Shown here: in pieces, positions 12,575 through 26,365 of the stretch
How positions within the stretch are numbered: the stretch's first letter is position 1
How the letters are laid out: every line of letters begins with the position of its first letter
Assembly: GCA_030141605.1 (NCBI GenBank)
Contig: JAQGDQ010001247.1
Location: forward strand, 1-52,428
Reading direction: 5' to 3'
DNA length: 52,428 bases
Source of the DNA: Tubiluchus corallicola
Lineage: Eukaryota; Animalia; Priapulida
Program-made: the position numbers and the translations under genes
Notes under the pieces: model-generated
What the model saw: only the letters and a program-made list of their open reading frames with translations
What the model was told of the DNA's origin: nothing
Database searches by the model: none

Positions 12575-13429
12575 CTAAGTGTATTTAAACGAGAATTATA
12601 AACATTACTGAAGTTTAACATTATTAAAGTTTAACAAGTTTCTGATGGTCTACTTGTCTCTTTAAACCGTGTTTGTGGTTATTAGTTTGAAACCTCAAAA
12701 CAGTTCAAATGTGTTAACAATGGTTTTCAACAAATCTTTAGCGCTTTTGCTAAGTCAAATGTGGACACATGTCAAGTCAAATGTGACATTGGTATCTCAA
12801 ATTTGGGTAGGTGTTAAATCACGCATCACCAAAGTCACATTTGAGTTACCAAAACACATGCGGAAAAAACGTTCTAGCGGCGCCTGGTGGGACTCTCGGA
12901 AGGAGATATGTAGCTCTTTAGAAAGAGAAAGAACAGGGCTACACGATGATGTGGGCTATATTTTAAAACACATCCACCAAAAGGAGTACCGACGAGTTAA
13001 TTATATGTTCTATTTTTGGCAATTTTCGCTTGGAAAACTGCTGACGCAAAGGCATTGTTCAGACGTCATCCATTATACTATGTCTATAATCTTATAGCTT
13101 TAATTCAGTAAAAGCTGCCGCTGCTGGCTTTGCGTTAGATAAACAGACAAACATTAGGTAGGATGCTCGCGTATTTTTGATTATACGTGTAAATTTATAC
13201 GCAAAATTTTTTGCGGGGCCTTTGCTAGTTAAATATTAATACTTTACAATATTGCAATAACGAAGTAGTGACATTGTATCTTAGTAGAAGTGACGGTTTT
13301 AACGTTGATGTTAACTGTAAAATTTCTTGATGTATTCAAAATTACCTTAGGAGAACTGAACGTTTTAACGTGATCAGACCTTAGGTTTCCTTTTAAACAT
13401 TTTTTTCCTGTAAATTTTAAGACAGTTAT

Positions 13430-13682
13430 TGTTATTATTCAATTGTTATACTATTCATTGTGTCACATCTGCTAACATTGCATGTATATGTCTTTGTTTA
13501 CATGTATTTGTATGTATGTTTATCTATTTGTGTTTGTTTGTGTTTATTATACTTTATTCGTTATGCTATATTCATCTGCACTTCTGCCTGCACATGCACT
13601 TGCACGGTGAGGATTCATGTGTCAGTTTTTAAAACTGTCTAATTTGAACCCAATAAATAAACTATGTTTAAACTAAACTAAA
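13430..13682 (+). mobile_element. LINE-like 3'UTR remnant
   Basis: T-rich UTR ending ggtgaggat...aaactgtct...aataaactatgtttaaactaaactaaa, similar to the tail at 22072-22144. Confidence 0.45.
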
Positions 13683-14046
13683 GGAAAGGTCAAGACTTCT
13701 GGGAAATTAGGTTTATCTTAAAGTTCGCGAAAAGTGGTAGAAGGATTTAGTAATGAAAGTGTCATAAGCACACCTCGTGTAACTAGTGAGATTATTGCAA
13801 AGACGCAATCATTTGGTGCCATTTTGAGCGGCTTTTTTTCCACCAATGACGTCATTCATCGGCTGAAGTAGAAAACATCGCACAATCAATTTCCGTCGAA
13901 AGTGTAATAAGATTTTAAATAAAACAGAGATAGTAAGTTTTGTGATATTTTTGACTGAAGCTGCAGAAGTTTGAGTTACAGTAAGCAGGGCACGTTTACG
14001 GAAAGCCACGATGCGCTTACGAAAAGACACGAACTCCACCAGTTAC

Positions 14047-14083
14047 CTCATAATTTTCAAGCGAATGGCGGAAACCATGGCGC
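14047..14083 (-). CDS. Putative internal micro-exon (AMVSAIRLKIM-R)
   Basis: TTTTCAG acceptor and GAG|GTAACT donor. 37 nt ending in phase 2, joining the 12574 exon in frame. Confidence 0.4.
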
Positions 14084-14195
14084 CTGAAAATTTCTGCACA
14101 ACCATTGCGTTTTACAGTCAGTTTTTTGCAATTTCTATTTTTCTAAGTTTAAGTGATAGCAGTAAAATTAACCCAGCAATCAATGATTTATCAAT

Positions 14196-14680
<485 letters not shown>

Positions 14681-15526
14681 CATGTTAAGTGACTTGTCAT
14701 TTCAAGCAGAAAATATGCCTTATCTTAGTTAGTTGAATTGGAGCAGTGAATTGCATGTTTCTGGGCACTTTGCGATCGTGTATCTTGCAGCTAATATCAG
14801 CGTCTATAATTTTATAATTTTACAAAACGTCTTGCAGTTACTGATGCTGAAGCAAGTAACTTCCTCTCTTCGTCTGCACTGCCTATTATAGATAAAATTT
14901 ATGACTGTTCTTAAACACCGAACCGAGAAATTTAAACGGATTGTTTGGTGTAATTGCTAGTTGTAAATTTGCCACAAGTTACCAAGGTGCTGCTGCTGCA
15001 GCTTGCGCTATTTATGTCATAATTGCCATGACACTGCCGCATGTGGGATGAGTAACCTAGGCAACCATGAAGAAGGCAATCATTGTAAGATTTGCATTAC
15101 ATATAAGTACCTGTGGGCGGTTGAGAATGTCTATTATCAGAACGCAACTAAATCCTTATCAAATCATCAGATGATAAAAGACGGTATCCCCTCAAAGCCA
15201 CTTCCGTGAAACGAGTCCTTCAACATAACTATGGTTTGCAATAAGAACTGTCTGGCTTTGCTAGTCCTGGGGATTCTAAAATCTCATTACACAACGCGTC
15301 ATAATTAATTATAAATTTGCTTATCAGGCACGCCGTGAGTAGTAAAAAGACTGCTGGCCAGACCGATTTTCATAGATGTGTCAGTGAATATTAAACAATG
15401 ACATTTCGAGTCAAGAAAACCAAGATATTAGACGCTCGAGACACGATAATCTCTGTGTTAACTACACCACTTTCCACTTTTTTCTTCCTGTAGATGTAAC
15501 TCAACTCGCTGAAGACAACTTCTCAA

Positions 15527-15800
15527 CGCAGGTGTACCTTAAGGATCGATCTTTGGACCTATATTTATCAGTGAATATTAAACAATGACATTTCGAGTCA
15601 AGTAAACTAAGATATTAGCAGCTCGAGACACGATAATCTGCGTTAAGGGTAGTACCGTAGCGCTGAAATTATATGAAACATTATTTGAAATTACGCCACT
15701 TTTTTCTTCCTGTAGATGTTCACCAATTCGCTGAAGACAATGCAGGTGTACCTCAAGGATCTATCTTTGGTCCTGTATTTTTTATTGCCTATATTAATGA
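15527..15800 (+). mobile_element. Degraded LINE reverse-transcriptase fragment, locally duplicated
   Basis: GVPQGSIFGPVFFIAYIND (15743-15800) is the CR1/L2-type RT motif. Partial duplicate at 15527-15570. Confidence 0.65.
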
Positions 15801-17119
15801 TAGTTATAGTAATTATAATTATAATTATGATAAAACAATATCCTCCTATTATATACTCCTAGCTAATAGTAACGACCACGCTCTCTTTTAGATACTCTCT
15901 ATATTATCAAGTGATACTGCATAGAGCGATATTTGAGTGACACGATACTAGGACAGCCTTGAAATTTTCCGAATTGGACTGATTAACAATTGATTTTACT
16001 TCAGTTAAATGAACAGAACATAAAACGTCTTGTGATATCCTTTTTGCTGTTCAGTTTTGCTAGCAAACCTCAAACCGAGACCGAAAATGCAAAGACGACA
16101 AGCAATTAAACCTTTCTTCCCCGTATATCGAGGCCCTAACAAACATTCAATTTGAAAACCATGTCACGTGGTACGAAAACCTATTTATTCCTTTATTTTT
16201 CTCCTTCTACCAACCTGCGGGCTCGTCATCAATCTAATTTTCCACCCAGAAAGCCAGCGACATCTGCGTCTAAAATCGATTACACTTTAACAGGCTTCAA
16301 TTAGAGGCATTAAACCCTTGCGGGCAGGCACAGCGCTTTCTGTAACTCCAACACGCTTTGAGTAGGGACTTGATCGCGTCATCTTGCATGTTATTGATAA
16401 TGTAAAACTTTAATGCCAGTAAGATTGCATGACACGAGCAGGCGTGCACAGCTCTCCCGCGATTAACAGCCGAATTTCCCGCTTAATTGATTTGTTTGAA
16501 TGTATGGTAGCGTTCAATGGCCACCGTATGGTAGCCTTCAATGGCCACCGTATTATATACGCAACTATCGCGCTGCGTTTCGATTGCGATTTCTGATTTC
16601 AGGAAGTGGATTCACCGTGGATGAGTTCTTTAACTTCCGGCACTTTTGTCCAACAAAACCCAAATTAACTCCGTGTTAACTGAAGTGGAATAAAACGTCA
16701 ACTCCATTAGCAAGGAAGAGACTGGAATAACAACAGACACAAGTTTGGTTAGTGATTTGCAGGTTGCAGGAAGTCAGACCGATTTTATCTTATTCGGAAC
16801 CGGAAGTTTGTTTACATCTCAAAGGATGTGCAACAAATGAACAAAATCTTTGTATCCTTCTTGCGAAATGAAGCCAAACTCTTCTCGATTAGACTAAAAA
16901 CGATGGATTTCCAGCCAATGTAAATCAGCAGTTGCGTTGTTTGATACCCGAGAGATAAACCGTCGTGGCACGAAACTTTTTTATTACATATTTGAAAGTC
17001 AGACTTAATAAAATTATTGAACTGTTTGTGATCATCCGAGTTTACTTGTAATATTTCACTGATTTAAAACAAAGTAACTGTAAAGGATTGAGTTTACAAT
17101 TCTAAACACATTTTACATA

Positions 17120-17224
17120 CCCTAACCCTAACCCTAACCCTAACCATAACCCTAACTCTAACCCCAACCCCAATTCTAATCCTAACCCTAATCCTAATCC
17201 TAATCCTAACCTTAACCCTAATCT
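17120..17224. repeat. Degenerate (CCCTAA)n tract
   Basis: cctaaccctaaccctaac... flanked by the inverted motif gagtttacaattc / gaattgtaaact. Confidence 0.8.
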
Positions 17225-17545
17225 ACTCGACGAACTTAAATCTCGTGTGAAGGGAATTGTAAACTTTACCCATTTTACATATTAATTATTCTTGTTGGTG
17301 TTTATACATTATATTAAAACTTAATGATTATAGAATTGTAAAACTCATCAAACTATATTTCGGATTAACTAAAACTACCATTGGGAACAAATTGCTAAGG
17401 AATCAGTTCAATTCAATTCAAATTTGTTTAAACGTTCGTTCAAATTAACGATAAGTTTCAAAATATCACAGAAAATGTTAAAGACAAATGCAACAGATTG
17501 TTCATCATAATAATTAGACAGCTTAAGGATCCCAACAATGTTACT

Positions 17546-17792
17546 TCACTCGCTCGCTCGCTCACTCACTCACTCACTCACTCACTCACTCACTCACTCA
17601 CTCACTCACTCACCCACTCACTCACTCACTCACTCACTCACTCACTCACTCACTCACTCACTCACTCACTCACTCACTCACTCACTCACTCACTCACTCA
17701 CTCACTCACACTCACTCACTCACTCACTCACGCATGCACGCACTCACACACTCACTCACTCACGCACGCACGCACGCACTCACTCACTCACT
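17546..17792. repeat. (CACT)n microsatellite
   Basis: Directly visible. Confidence 0.95.
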
Positions 17793-18328
17793 ACAAATAC
17801 TTGAAAGATCGAAACAAATACTTTACTATGATAATCTTGCACACGGTGAAAGCCACGGTTGTTTTTACTAGCGAACAGAAAGGGTTAAGGTCTTTTACCT
17901 AACATTTCCTCCCCTAATCGAAGCGTTTTCAGATAAAACGGACAAGTTTTCATTGTCACGTGATGAAGTGTGCAAAACGAAAGCGCGAATCCTTATTTAC
18001 TATTGCGAATAAACCGTAATTGAATGACAAAGTAACAGCAGTCGATGGCACTTTACGGCTACCGTAATTGGGCTTTCTTGTCTAGGTAGAGCGCGAATGA
18101 GGCGCGAAATGCGTTCGACTTCAATTTGACTGTCAGAAGGCCATGTGCATGGGTGGAAAATGCCCCGCAGCCACTGTAAATTATGGTTCGAAGAAAGGTC
18201 AGCCAGAAGAAGCCAAAAGAAAGAAGCCAATAAAGACCTGGCTATGAGAAGCTTGTCTTAAAGCTTTCTTGATTGTTTTTTTTTTAGACACTAACAAATT
18301 TATGCCTGCAAGTAACCCTTTGTTCACA

Positions 18329-18384
<56 letters not shown>

Positions 18385-18419
18385 AATAAAACTTTTGTTC
18401 ACAACAAATATATAACTCA

Positions 18420-18890
18420 ACTCTGCTCAGAACTATAACTCTGCTCACAAGCAAAGTTCTGTCCACAATCAAAGTTCTGCTCACAATCAAAGTTCTGCTC
18501 ACAATCAAAGTTCTGCTTACAACCAAAGCTCTGCTCACAACCAAAGCTCTGCTTACAACTAAAGGTCTGCTTACAACTAAAGCTCTGCTCGCAACCAAAG
18601 GTCTGCTCGCAACCAAGTTCTGCTTTCAGGCAAAGCTCTGTTTACAACCAAAGCTCTGCTTACAACTAAAGCTCTGCTCACAAGCAAAGCTCTGCTGACA
18701 ATCAAAGGTCTGCTCACAACCACAGTTCTGCTCACCACCAAGTTCTGCTCACAACCAAAGCTCTGCTGACAATCAAAGTTCTGCTCACAACCAAAGTTCT
18801 GCTCCCAACCATGTTCTGCTCACCACCAAGTTCTGCTCACAACCACAGTTCTGCTCACCACCAAGTTCTGCTCACAACCAAAGCTATACT
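18420..18890. repeat. ~18-bp minisatellite (ctctgctcacaaccaaag)
   Basis: Directly visible, degenerate units. Confidence 0.9.
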
Positions 18891-19687
18891 TCCAACAAAC
18901 ACAAACCACAACTCACAATCAAATCTAGACTCATATAAGGAATGAAAACCTTTCTCAACACCAAAGCTTTTGTTTAACAAATCACTCCTATCACCAACTT
19001 TTACAAACAGCATTAAAGAGTACACGGCTACACCGATGGGTACCTCATAAACGTGCATTTTTTGCCCCAAATCGATTTTCCCGGCGCTGAAAAACCAAAA
19101 GAGGCGAGAACAAAACCGGTGAAGCCATCGCTACCTGAAAAGCGTCTCTAAGTGTTTCAGTGAAGCTTGCATTTTAACTCTCATTCGAATCAATGTCATG
19201 GGAGCCTATACAAAATTCAACAAAACAAAATCCATGCGTGAAGTTTGAGAAACATTATATGTCAGCCACTCTCATTGATTTATAGGTCTCTCACTGGGGA
19301 AACTCCAAACGTTGGTGAAGTTACTAAGACACGCGCAGTTGGAGGTGTTGAAATTCTGATACCCGATTTTCAAAAGCTTGAAAACATTTTCATGAACGTA
19401 ATGAAAGGGAAGCGAAACAGGAAAGCGAGGCACAAGAAAGCAGGAAGAGAGCAGGAAGCAGGACTAGGACCATTAACTAGAATCCAGGTAAAAAAACACA
19501 CGTGTAAAAAAGTCAAAGGAAAAAAGTTACAGCAAAAAAAAAATTACAGAAAAAAGGCATAAAAAATAAGTAACCCGAAGCCTGACCCTAATCCTAAGCT
19601 TAAGCCTAAGCCTAAGCCTAATCCTAAGCTTAAGCCTAAGCCTAATCTCTACCAAAATTGTGACCTCTTTCCTGTGACTTTTTCCCT

Positions 19688-20980
19688 AGCAGAGGACTAA
19701 AATGATACGTAGTGCTGACCCTGGATGCGCTCCAACAGAAGACGAAATGACACCTGGTACTGATTCTGGATGCGCCCCAGCAGAAGACTAAAATGACACC
19801 TGGTCTGATTCTAGATGCGCCCCGGCAGAGGACTAAAATGACACGTGGTACTGACGCTGGATGCGCCCCAGCAGAAGACTAAAATGACACCTGGTCTGAT
19901 TCTGGATGCGTTCCAGCAGAAGACTAAAATGACACTTGGTACTGATTCTAGATGCGCCCCAGCAGAAGACTAAAATGACACCTGGTACTGACGCTGGATG
20001 CACTCCAGCAGAAGACTAAAATGACACCTGGTCTGATTCTAGATGCGCCCCGGCAGAGGACTAAAATGACACGTGGTACTGACGCTGGATGCGCCCCAGC
20101 AGAAGACTAAAATGACACCTGGTCTGATTCTGGATGCGTTCCAGCAGAAGACTAAAATGACACTTGGTACTGATTCTAGATGCGCCCCAGCAGAAGACTA
20201 AAATGAACCTGGTACTGACCTGATGCGCCCCAGCAGAAGACTAAAATGACACGTGGTCTGATTCTAGATGCGCCCCAGCAGAAGACTAAAATGACACGTG
20301 GTACTGATTCTGGATGCGCCCCAGCAGAAGACTAAAATGACACCTGGTACTGATTCTGGATGCGCCCCAGCAGAAGACTAAAATGATACGTGGTCTGATT
20401 CTAGATGCGCCCCAGCAGAGGACTAAAATGACACGTGGTACTGACGCTGGATGCGCCCCAGCAGAAGACTAAAATAACACCTGGTCTGATTCTAGATGCG
20501 CCCCAGCAGAAGACTAAAACGACACTTGGCACTGACCCTGGATGCGCCCCAGCAGAAGACTAAAATGACACCTGGTACTGATTCTAGATGCGCCCCAGCA
20601 GAAGACTAAAATGATACGTAGTGCTGACCCTGGATGCGCCCCAGCAGAAGACTAAAATGACACCTGGTACTGATTCTGGATACGCCCCAGTAGAAGACGA
20701 AATGACACGTGGTGCTGATTCTGGATGCGCCCCAGCAGAAGACTAAAATGACACCTGGTACTGATTCTGGATGCGCCCCAACAGAAGACTAAAATGATAC
20801 CTGGTACTGATTCTGGATGCGCTCCAACAGAAGACGAAATGACACGTGGTACTGATTCTGGATGCGCCCTAGCAGAAGACTAAAATGATACGTAGTGCTG
20901 ACCCTGGATGCGCCCCAGCAGAAGACTAAATGATACGTGCTACTGATTCTGGATACGCCCCAGCAGAATGACACGTGAGT
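19688..20980. repeat. 45-46-bp minisatellite, ~28 copies
   Basis: Unit gcagaagactaaaatgacacctggtactgattctggatgcgcccca. Confidence 0.95.
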
Positions 20981-21075
20981 ATTGATTGGAAAAGTAGCTC
21001 AGTCTTGGCACCTGGCGTGAATCAGTGAGCAACACTCAGAGACCATTGATTACTCTGGGAATATTTGTTCTCTAC

Positions 21076-21180
21076 TTAAATGGACATGTCACGGATACGG
21101 TTAATGCAGTAGAGCTCATCCATCCCGACTGCCTTGTTGCCGTGATACGACCATGTTCCGAGAGAGGCGTCGGGAAAAGC
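21076..21180 (-). CDS. Possible exon (AFPDASLGTWSYHGNKAVGMDELYCINRIRDMSI*)
   Basis: Good acceptor ttttcctgTAG, GC-richer protein-like open frame. No partner exon or homolog recognised. Confidence 0.25.
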   Translation of the reverse strand, partial: AFPDASLGTWSYHGNKAVGMDELYCINRIRDMSI

Positions 21181-21230
21181 CTACAGGAAAACGACGGTTT
21201 ACGATGGAATGAAAGCAAACGGACCATTAA

Positions 21231-21695
21231 AGGACACGACAACACTTTCTTCACAGACTTACAAAGTCATCTTGAAATTTTGTATAACCTACATACTGCC
21301 TTGAAGCGTACAGAGCTTGAATTACTAGTAACAGTGTAAAAAACTTGACATTTGAGCTCCCGTGATGATTAATTATTGATTTATTGATTTTAATTTGATG
21401 ACCGCTAGGAGCAGCCATTTTAACGGTAAATCTTTTGAAACAAGTTTAGGCAAATTTGCGTAAAGTTTGAATAAAAAACGAGAGCATTCACAGCACACTC
21501 TCCACACCAACTATGCAAAAGTGTACACCACTTTCAATAAGATTAAAAATACGTTTTTAGGTGAGTCAGTGGTGCACACTGGGAAGGTGAGTCAGTGACG
21601 TTTTACCGGTTGACGCTGAACATTTTAAATTACTAATTGTTTACTTTTCTAATTTCATAAGTGTTTCAAGCTGCTAAGCATAATGCTAAATAATT
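21231..21695 (+). mobile_element. Dispersed repeat, probably a non-autonomous DNA transposon (TTAA|AGG terminus, Kolobok-like)
   Basis: Core ggtgaatcagtggtgcacactgggaagg and flanks recur at 7230-7445 (+) and 24220-24545 (-). Confidence 0.45.
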
Positions 21696-21699
21696 TTTT

Positions 21700-22144
21700 A
21701 GAACATTTTTTGTTGCACTGCCCATTGTATCAACAAACTAGGGTTGTTATGTTTGATAAATTAAATGAAATACTTCTGCCCGAAAACCTTAATATAGCTG
21801 CCTTAGGAAATAATGATCTGTTGAAGTTGTTATTGTTCGGAAAAGATGAATTTAACTATGTTGCTAACTGTAACATATTCCAATGTATACATGACTTTAT
21901 ATTACATACTAAACGCTTCCGGTAGTTTCTATCTGATATGAAATGCATCATTCTTAAATAATCGTACATTAATATTTGTTAACCGTCATCTTCTACTAAA
22001 GTATATTAAAAACTAAGTATAGTTTATTCTTACTGTAAATGTTCTTGTAAATAGTGTATAAAGTCTGTTGTGGTGAGGATCTTAAATCATGTTGTGCAAA
22101 CTGTCTGATCCAATCCTAAATAAATTATGTTTAAACTAAACTAA
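21700..22144 (+). mobile_element. Non-LTR retrotransposon 3' end (copy 1)
   Basis: EHFLLHCPLY...LLFG...N..IF...FI..TKRF* C-terminus, then 3'UTR and (CTAAA)n tail. Second copy at 41820-42300. Confidence 0.8.
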
Positions 22145-23239
22145 ATAATATAACCTAACAGGAAAGCTTCTAGGGTATAGGCTTACTTTAAAATTCTAAG
22201 TTCTTCCTGTTTATTTATGCACAGTTAAGTTACTGCAGCCGTCTCTAAACTCTGCGGCGAAAAAATTTAGTGAATAAAATTGTTAGTGCTATTTTTTATA
22301 TTATCTTTGGCAGGTTTTGAAATTATTGCATTGTTTCTACAAAGAAGCCAAAGAAGCCACGAGGATAAAGAAGCCAAAGAAGCCAAAGAGGCCTTCCTCA
22401 GCACTCTGAGCAAAACCCCAAATTTTCGAGAACTTCCAGCCATGACTGCTGATGTATGAGATGAAAGTGGTTAATCCATTATGAGATTTGTATACTGAGT
22501 TTCGTATACTGAGTATGAAAGGAGGTTTGCGTTTCACGGCTATAGTCTGTTTGATACATGATCGCTCCAAATGGAAACTTAATATAACTTGAAAGCGTTA
22601 TACGCTTAGTAACAATGCGGGAAACCTTTTGCTTTCAAGTATTGCCAACGTCCACTGCTCGTTGTGGTTTTCTTCCCCGCATAATGATGGTGTGAGTTAG
22701 AATATTTTAACTTTGTATACGCATCGCGAACGCACCAGGAAGCTAGAAGCTTCACAGAAACCTGGAATACTCCCCAAAAACGAAATATGGGAAAACTAGA
22801 CAACTGTGGCGTTTTGTTTAGCGTCACGGACACGCCCTATAGGCGCATAGAAATTATGGCTTTCAAACAGACACGCCCCAACTGATCCCATAGTCGTACA
22901 GTCCTTATGGCTTTTAAATAAATGACCATGGCGATGATTACCCGTATTGCCCTTCCGTGCCTTTATTAACACTCGGGCTGGGTATAATTACGGCCAAGAA
23001 TGTCATAAATTTATTAATTTTGTAGAGAAGATCTTTGCGTGCACAGCTGCACACATCCTATCGGCAGGTAATGTTGCACTAAATTGATAAATACATTTAT
23101 GGCGACCCGCTTCTGTCGTAAAAGAAAATTATGGCGCTTCGTCGGATCTTTAATACTCGACTTTATGATAAGAGAAAAACGTCATCAAATAAGAGTAAGA
23201 ATAAGATACTGTGTTGCAGGTGCAAAGGTTTTGGTCCAT

Positions 23240-23656
23240 TACCCCTTCCCAAGGTAGTATATGCATTAGAAGCCACAATATATTAGACTGTAGTTCAACA
23301 AGCTAGACTCCCCCTTCTCAAGGTAGTATATGCATTAGAAGCCACAATATATTAGACTGTAGTTCAACAAGCTAGACTACCCCTTCCCAAGGTAGTATAT
23401 GCATTAGAAGCCACAATATATTAGACTGTAGTTCAACAAGCTAGACTACCCCTTCTCAAGGTAGTATATGCATTAGAAGCCACAATATATTAGACTGTAG
23501 TTCAACAAGCTAGACTGCCCCTTCTCAAGGTAGTATATGCATTAGAAGCCACAATATATTAGACTGTAGTTCAACAAGCTAGACTACCCCTTCTCAAGGT
23601 AGTATATGCATTAGAAGCCACAATATATCAGACTGTAGTTCAACAAGCTAGACTAT
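23240..23656. repeat. 69-bp minisatellite x6
   Basis: Unit accccttctcaaggtagtatatgc...caacaagctagact. Confidence 0.95.
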
Positions 23657-24922
23657 TTTTTCTACTCTGTCATTGCATAGGTGGAACTTGTTATGTACAC
23701 ACGTCTCTGTTACATTTAAATTTGACTTATAATTATACTGATACCTTTTACTGACATTCTGGCTTTTTCTCGACTCAATATTGGACCAACAATGTATGTA
23801 TGCATTCTAGCTTTTCAGTGTAACGTAGTAATCTGTAGCACTTATTTTCCTAGCACTTATTTCAGTAGATTTGTTGATGTAGTAATTGTAGACTACAGAA
23901 AATTTGTATTTTTGCAGAATAAACTACATAGATATGGGAACGCAACTTTGGTTTGAGCGTATACATTACATCCTGGATAAATCCCAGATTACTTATCAGT
24001 TACAACACCTCAGAATGGGGATTTCTCCTTTAAAGAGGAAGAAAAGGGAATTTAAGGTATACCCCATATAATCCCTATTCCTAATTCCCTAGGTATATCC
24101 CTATGCAAAGTAATATTTTAGCGCTGTGCTTATCTGTTTAAAAAAACTCGGGTAATTGGAAAAGATAATTCTTCATAATTTAAATTGTTCGTTCCAGGTA
24201 AAACATGGCTTCATCGCCATCCCAGTGTGCACCACTGATTCACCAAAAACACATTATTGATCTTGATGTTATCTAACTGACAATGAGACTGACACTGACA
24301 TTGAGACTGACAATATAAAGTAATTTAAACTTTTGCTTAGCTATTGTAGAGTGTGCCACTAATGCTCTGATTATTTTTCAAACTTTACACAATGTTGTCT
24401 AAACTTGTTTCAAAAGACTTACTGTAAAAATGGCTGCACAACACAGATTAAATTTACAAGTTTTACGTATCGCTAATGTCAAGACCAGCTCTGTAAGAAA
24501 GCACGCAAGTCATATAAAATCTCAACATGAACTTTTTAAACTTTATTTAAAAAGAATGATTTCTTGCGCTTAGAATGTGGACAAAACAACGCGAACGCTA
24601 AGTCATATTTTCTTCCTTCACAAATGGTCAGCTAATTCATGGACAATTTCTAAGGCACAAATAATGTAAGCTAAGTATTAGTGCTGCTTGAACTTAGTGC
24701 TGCAAGCTTACTTACACATACACAACATCATTGACCACACAATGCTACAAGATACGACTAGGTTCTTCAACTCACAGATCTATATAATTCATACCAGGAG
24801 ATTTACACAAGCCACAGTGCCACAAGTGTACAAAACAGCAACAAGCATACTACAACCATTGCAAGTGGTTACTTGGGTAACGAATGATTGCCAGACACAA
24901 TGTCTGTTTAGAAATAAATAAA

Positions 24923-25019
24923 TTGTTCTTGTTGGCATCCTTCTGTCTCGGAAGACAATGGAGTGTGCGCCAAAAGAATCAGTTATTGACCACATTGATG
25001 GAGCTGCAGCGTCGACTGT
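24923..25019 (-). mobile_element. 5'-truncated 3' end of the same 5S-SINE family
   Basis: Near-identical to 6590-6678 (gttggcatccttctgtctcggaagacaatggagtgtgcgcc...gctgcagcgtcgactgt). Confidence 0.85.
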
Positions 25020-25429
25020 AATTTATAAGAAACACATCTACATACATCACGGTGTTGATTTAATACATCTATTCCTAGCAAAATTCATTCATACCTCTTA
25101 ATTTAGAATCACTTATAGTTTAAATTTCATGCCCATAAAAATGTGTTAACTTGCGCATCTCCACTTTTGTTTAAATATATAAATTGATCGATATCACGCA
25201 AGAATGGAAAGCAATATTAATAAAATAGTAATGAGCAACATAATCTGCTAAGTAACTGCCAGTAAAATTGATCGTGTCACACACAGTTCAGTGTTTTGGT
25301 CACTCTTTTGAATGCACCCCCTTTGTACTTCTCCGTTTACAAATCATCAACATGGTCAAGGAGAATCGAAATTCGAAAGAGAATAGAAATGTTTTAAAAT
25401 TCGAAAAAATCAACATCAAGCCTCTTAAT

Positions 25430-25700
25430 TTACCACTGGACAAAACAGAAGGGAGCATCAAATCTGCATCCATAAGTCTCTTAACTGGACAGGGAATCTA
25501 CAAGCATTTTTTGTATAATTTAGGGCTAGCGGAGACTATCACATGTGAATGCGGCACCGAAATTAAAACACCTGAACAGCTAATATACAGCTGCAACAAA
25601 GTAGATGCTAACCGAAGAAAGCACCTATCAGAAACCCTACAGGAGGAAACATAACCAGCGTATTTTTAAAAAAAGAAGAATTAAATAAAGTTGTAGTTAA
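25430..25700 (+). mobile_element. Degraded LINE C-terminal zinc-knuckle fragment (R1/I-group-like)
   Basis: LLTGQGIYKHFLYNLGLAETITCECGTEIKTPEQLIYSC resembles the LTGHG...C.CG....T..H....C motif. Confidence 0.55.
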
Positions 25701-26195
25701 TTTTGCGAGGGACGTATTTTATCTTATCAGTTTGTAAAGGAATGTAAAAGGGTTAAATGCATAATATAATATAAATTGTAGCTCATGCACACATATGTAT
25801 ATAGGTTTATATACACATATGTATAACTCAAGCAAACTTTATTCTGGTTTTATCGTAAATTTTAGCAAAAGCCCTTGTTTTTATATATTTGTAAGTAAAG
25901 CTGTTTGAAAAAAAACGTCTTTTTTAATACTTTCATAATAGTGTGATCTAAATAATCCCAGCGAATGAACTCTGTTATTATGGACCTTAATAATTAACTC
26001 ATTAAACTCATTGTTAAGAAGTTTTATAAGCAAGTTTGTGGTACATGTATTAAGGACATATAGTAATTATAATGGACCTCAAGTGTTGTATATATACTCT
26101 TCTATCATGATACAGTGCAGATTTATTGGTCTGCAAATAGAGGCGTTGCAAGTATATACATATATATATATATATAGTGCAAATAAAGATTTATA

Positions 26196-26202
26196 ATCAT
26201 CA

Positions 26203-26238
<36 letters not shown>

Positions 26239-26277
26239 TCATCATCATCATCATCATCATCACCATCATCATCATCA

Positions 26278-26309
<32 letters not shown>

Positions 26310-26365
26310 TTCATCGTCATCATCATCGTCGTCTTCGTCGTCGTCGTCATCGTCATCGTCATCAT
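26196..26365. repeat. (TCG/TCA)n microsatellite
   Basis: Directly visible. Confidence 0.95.

Noticed and set aside
17120-17224. True telomere or chromosome-fusion site
   Set aside because: Short, degenerate, single orientation and embedded in an inverted-repeat-flanked element.
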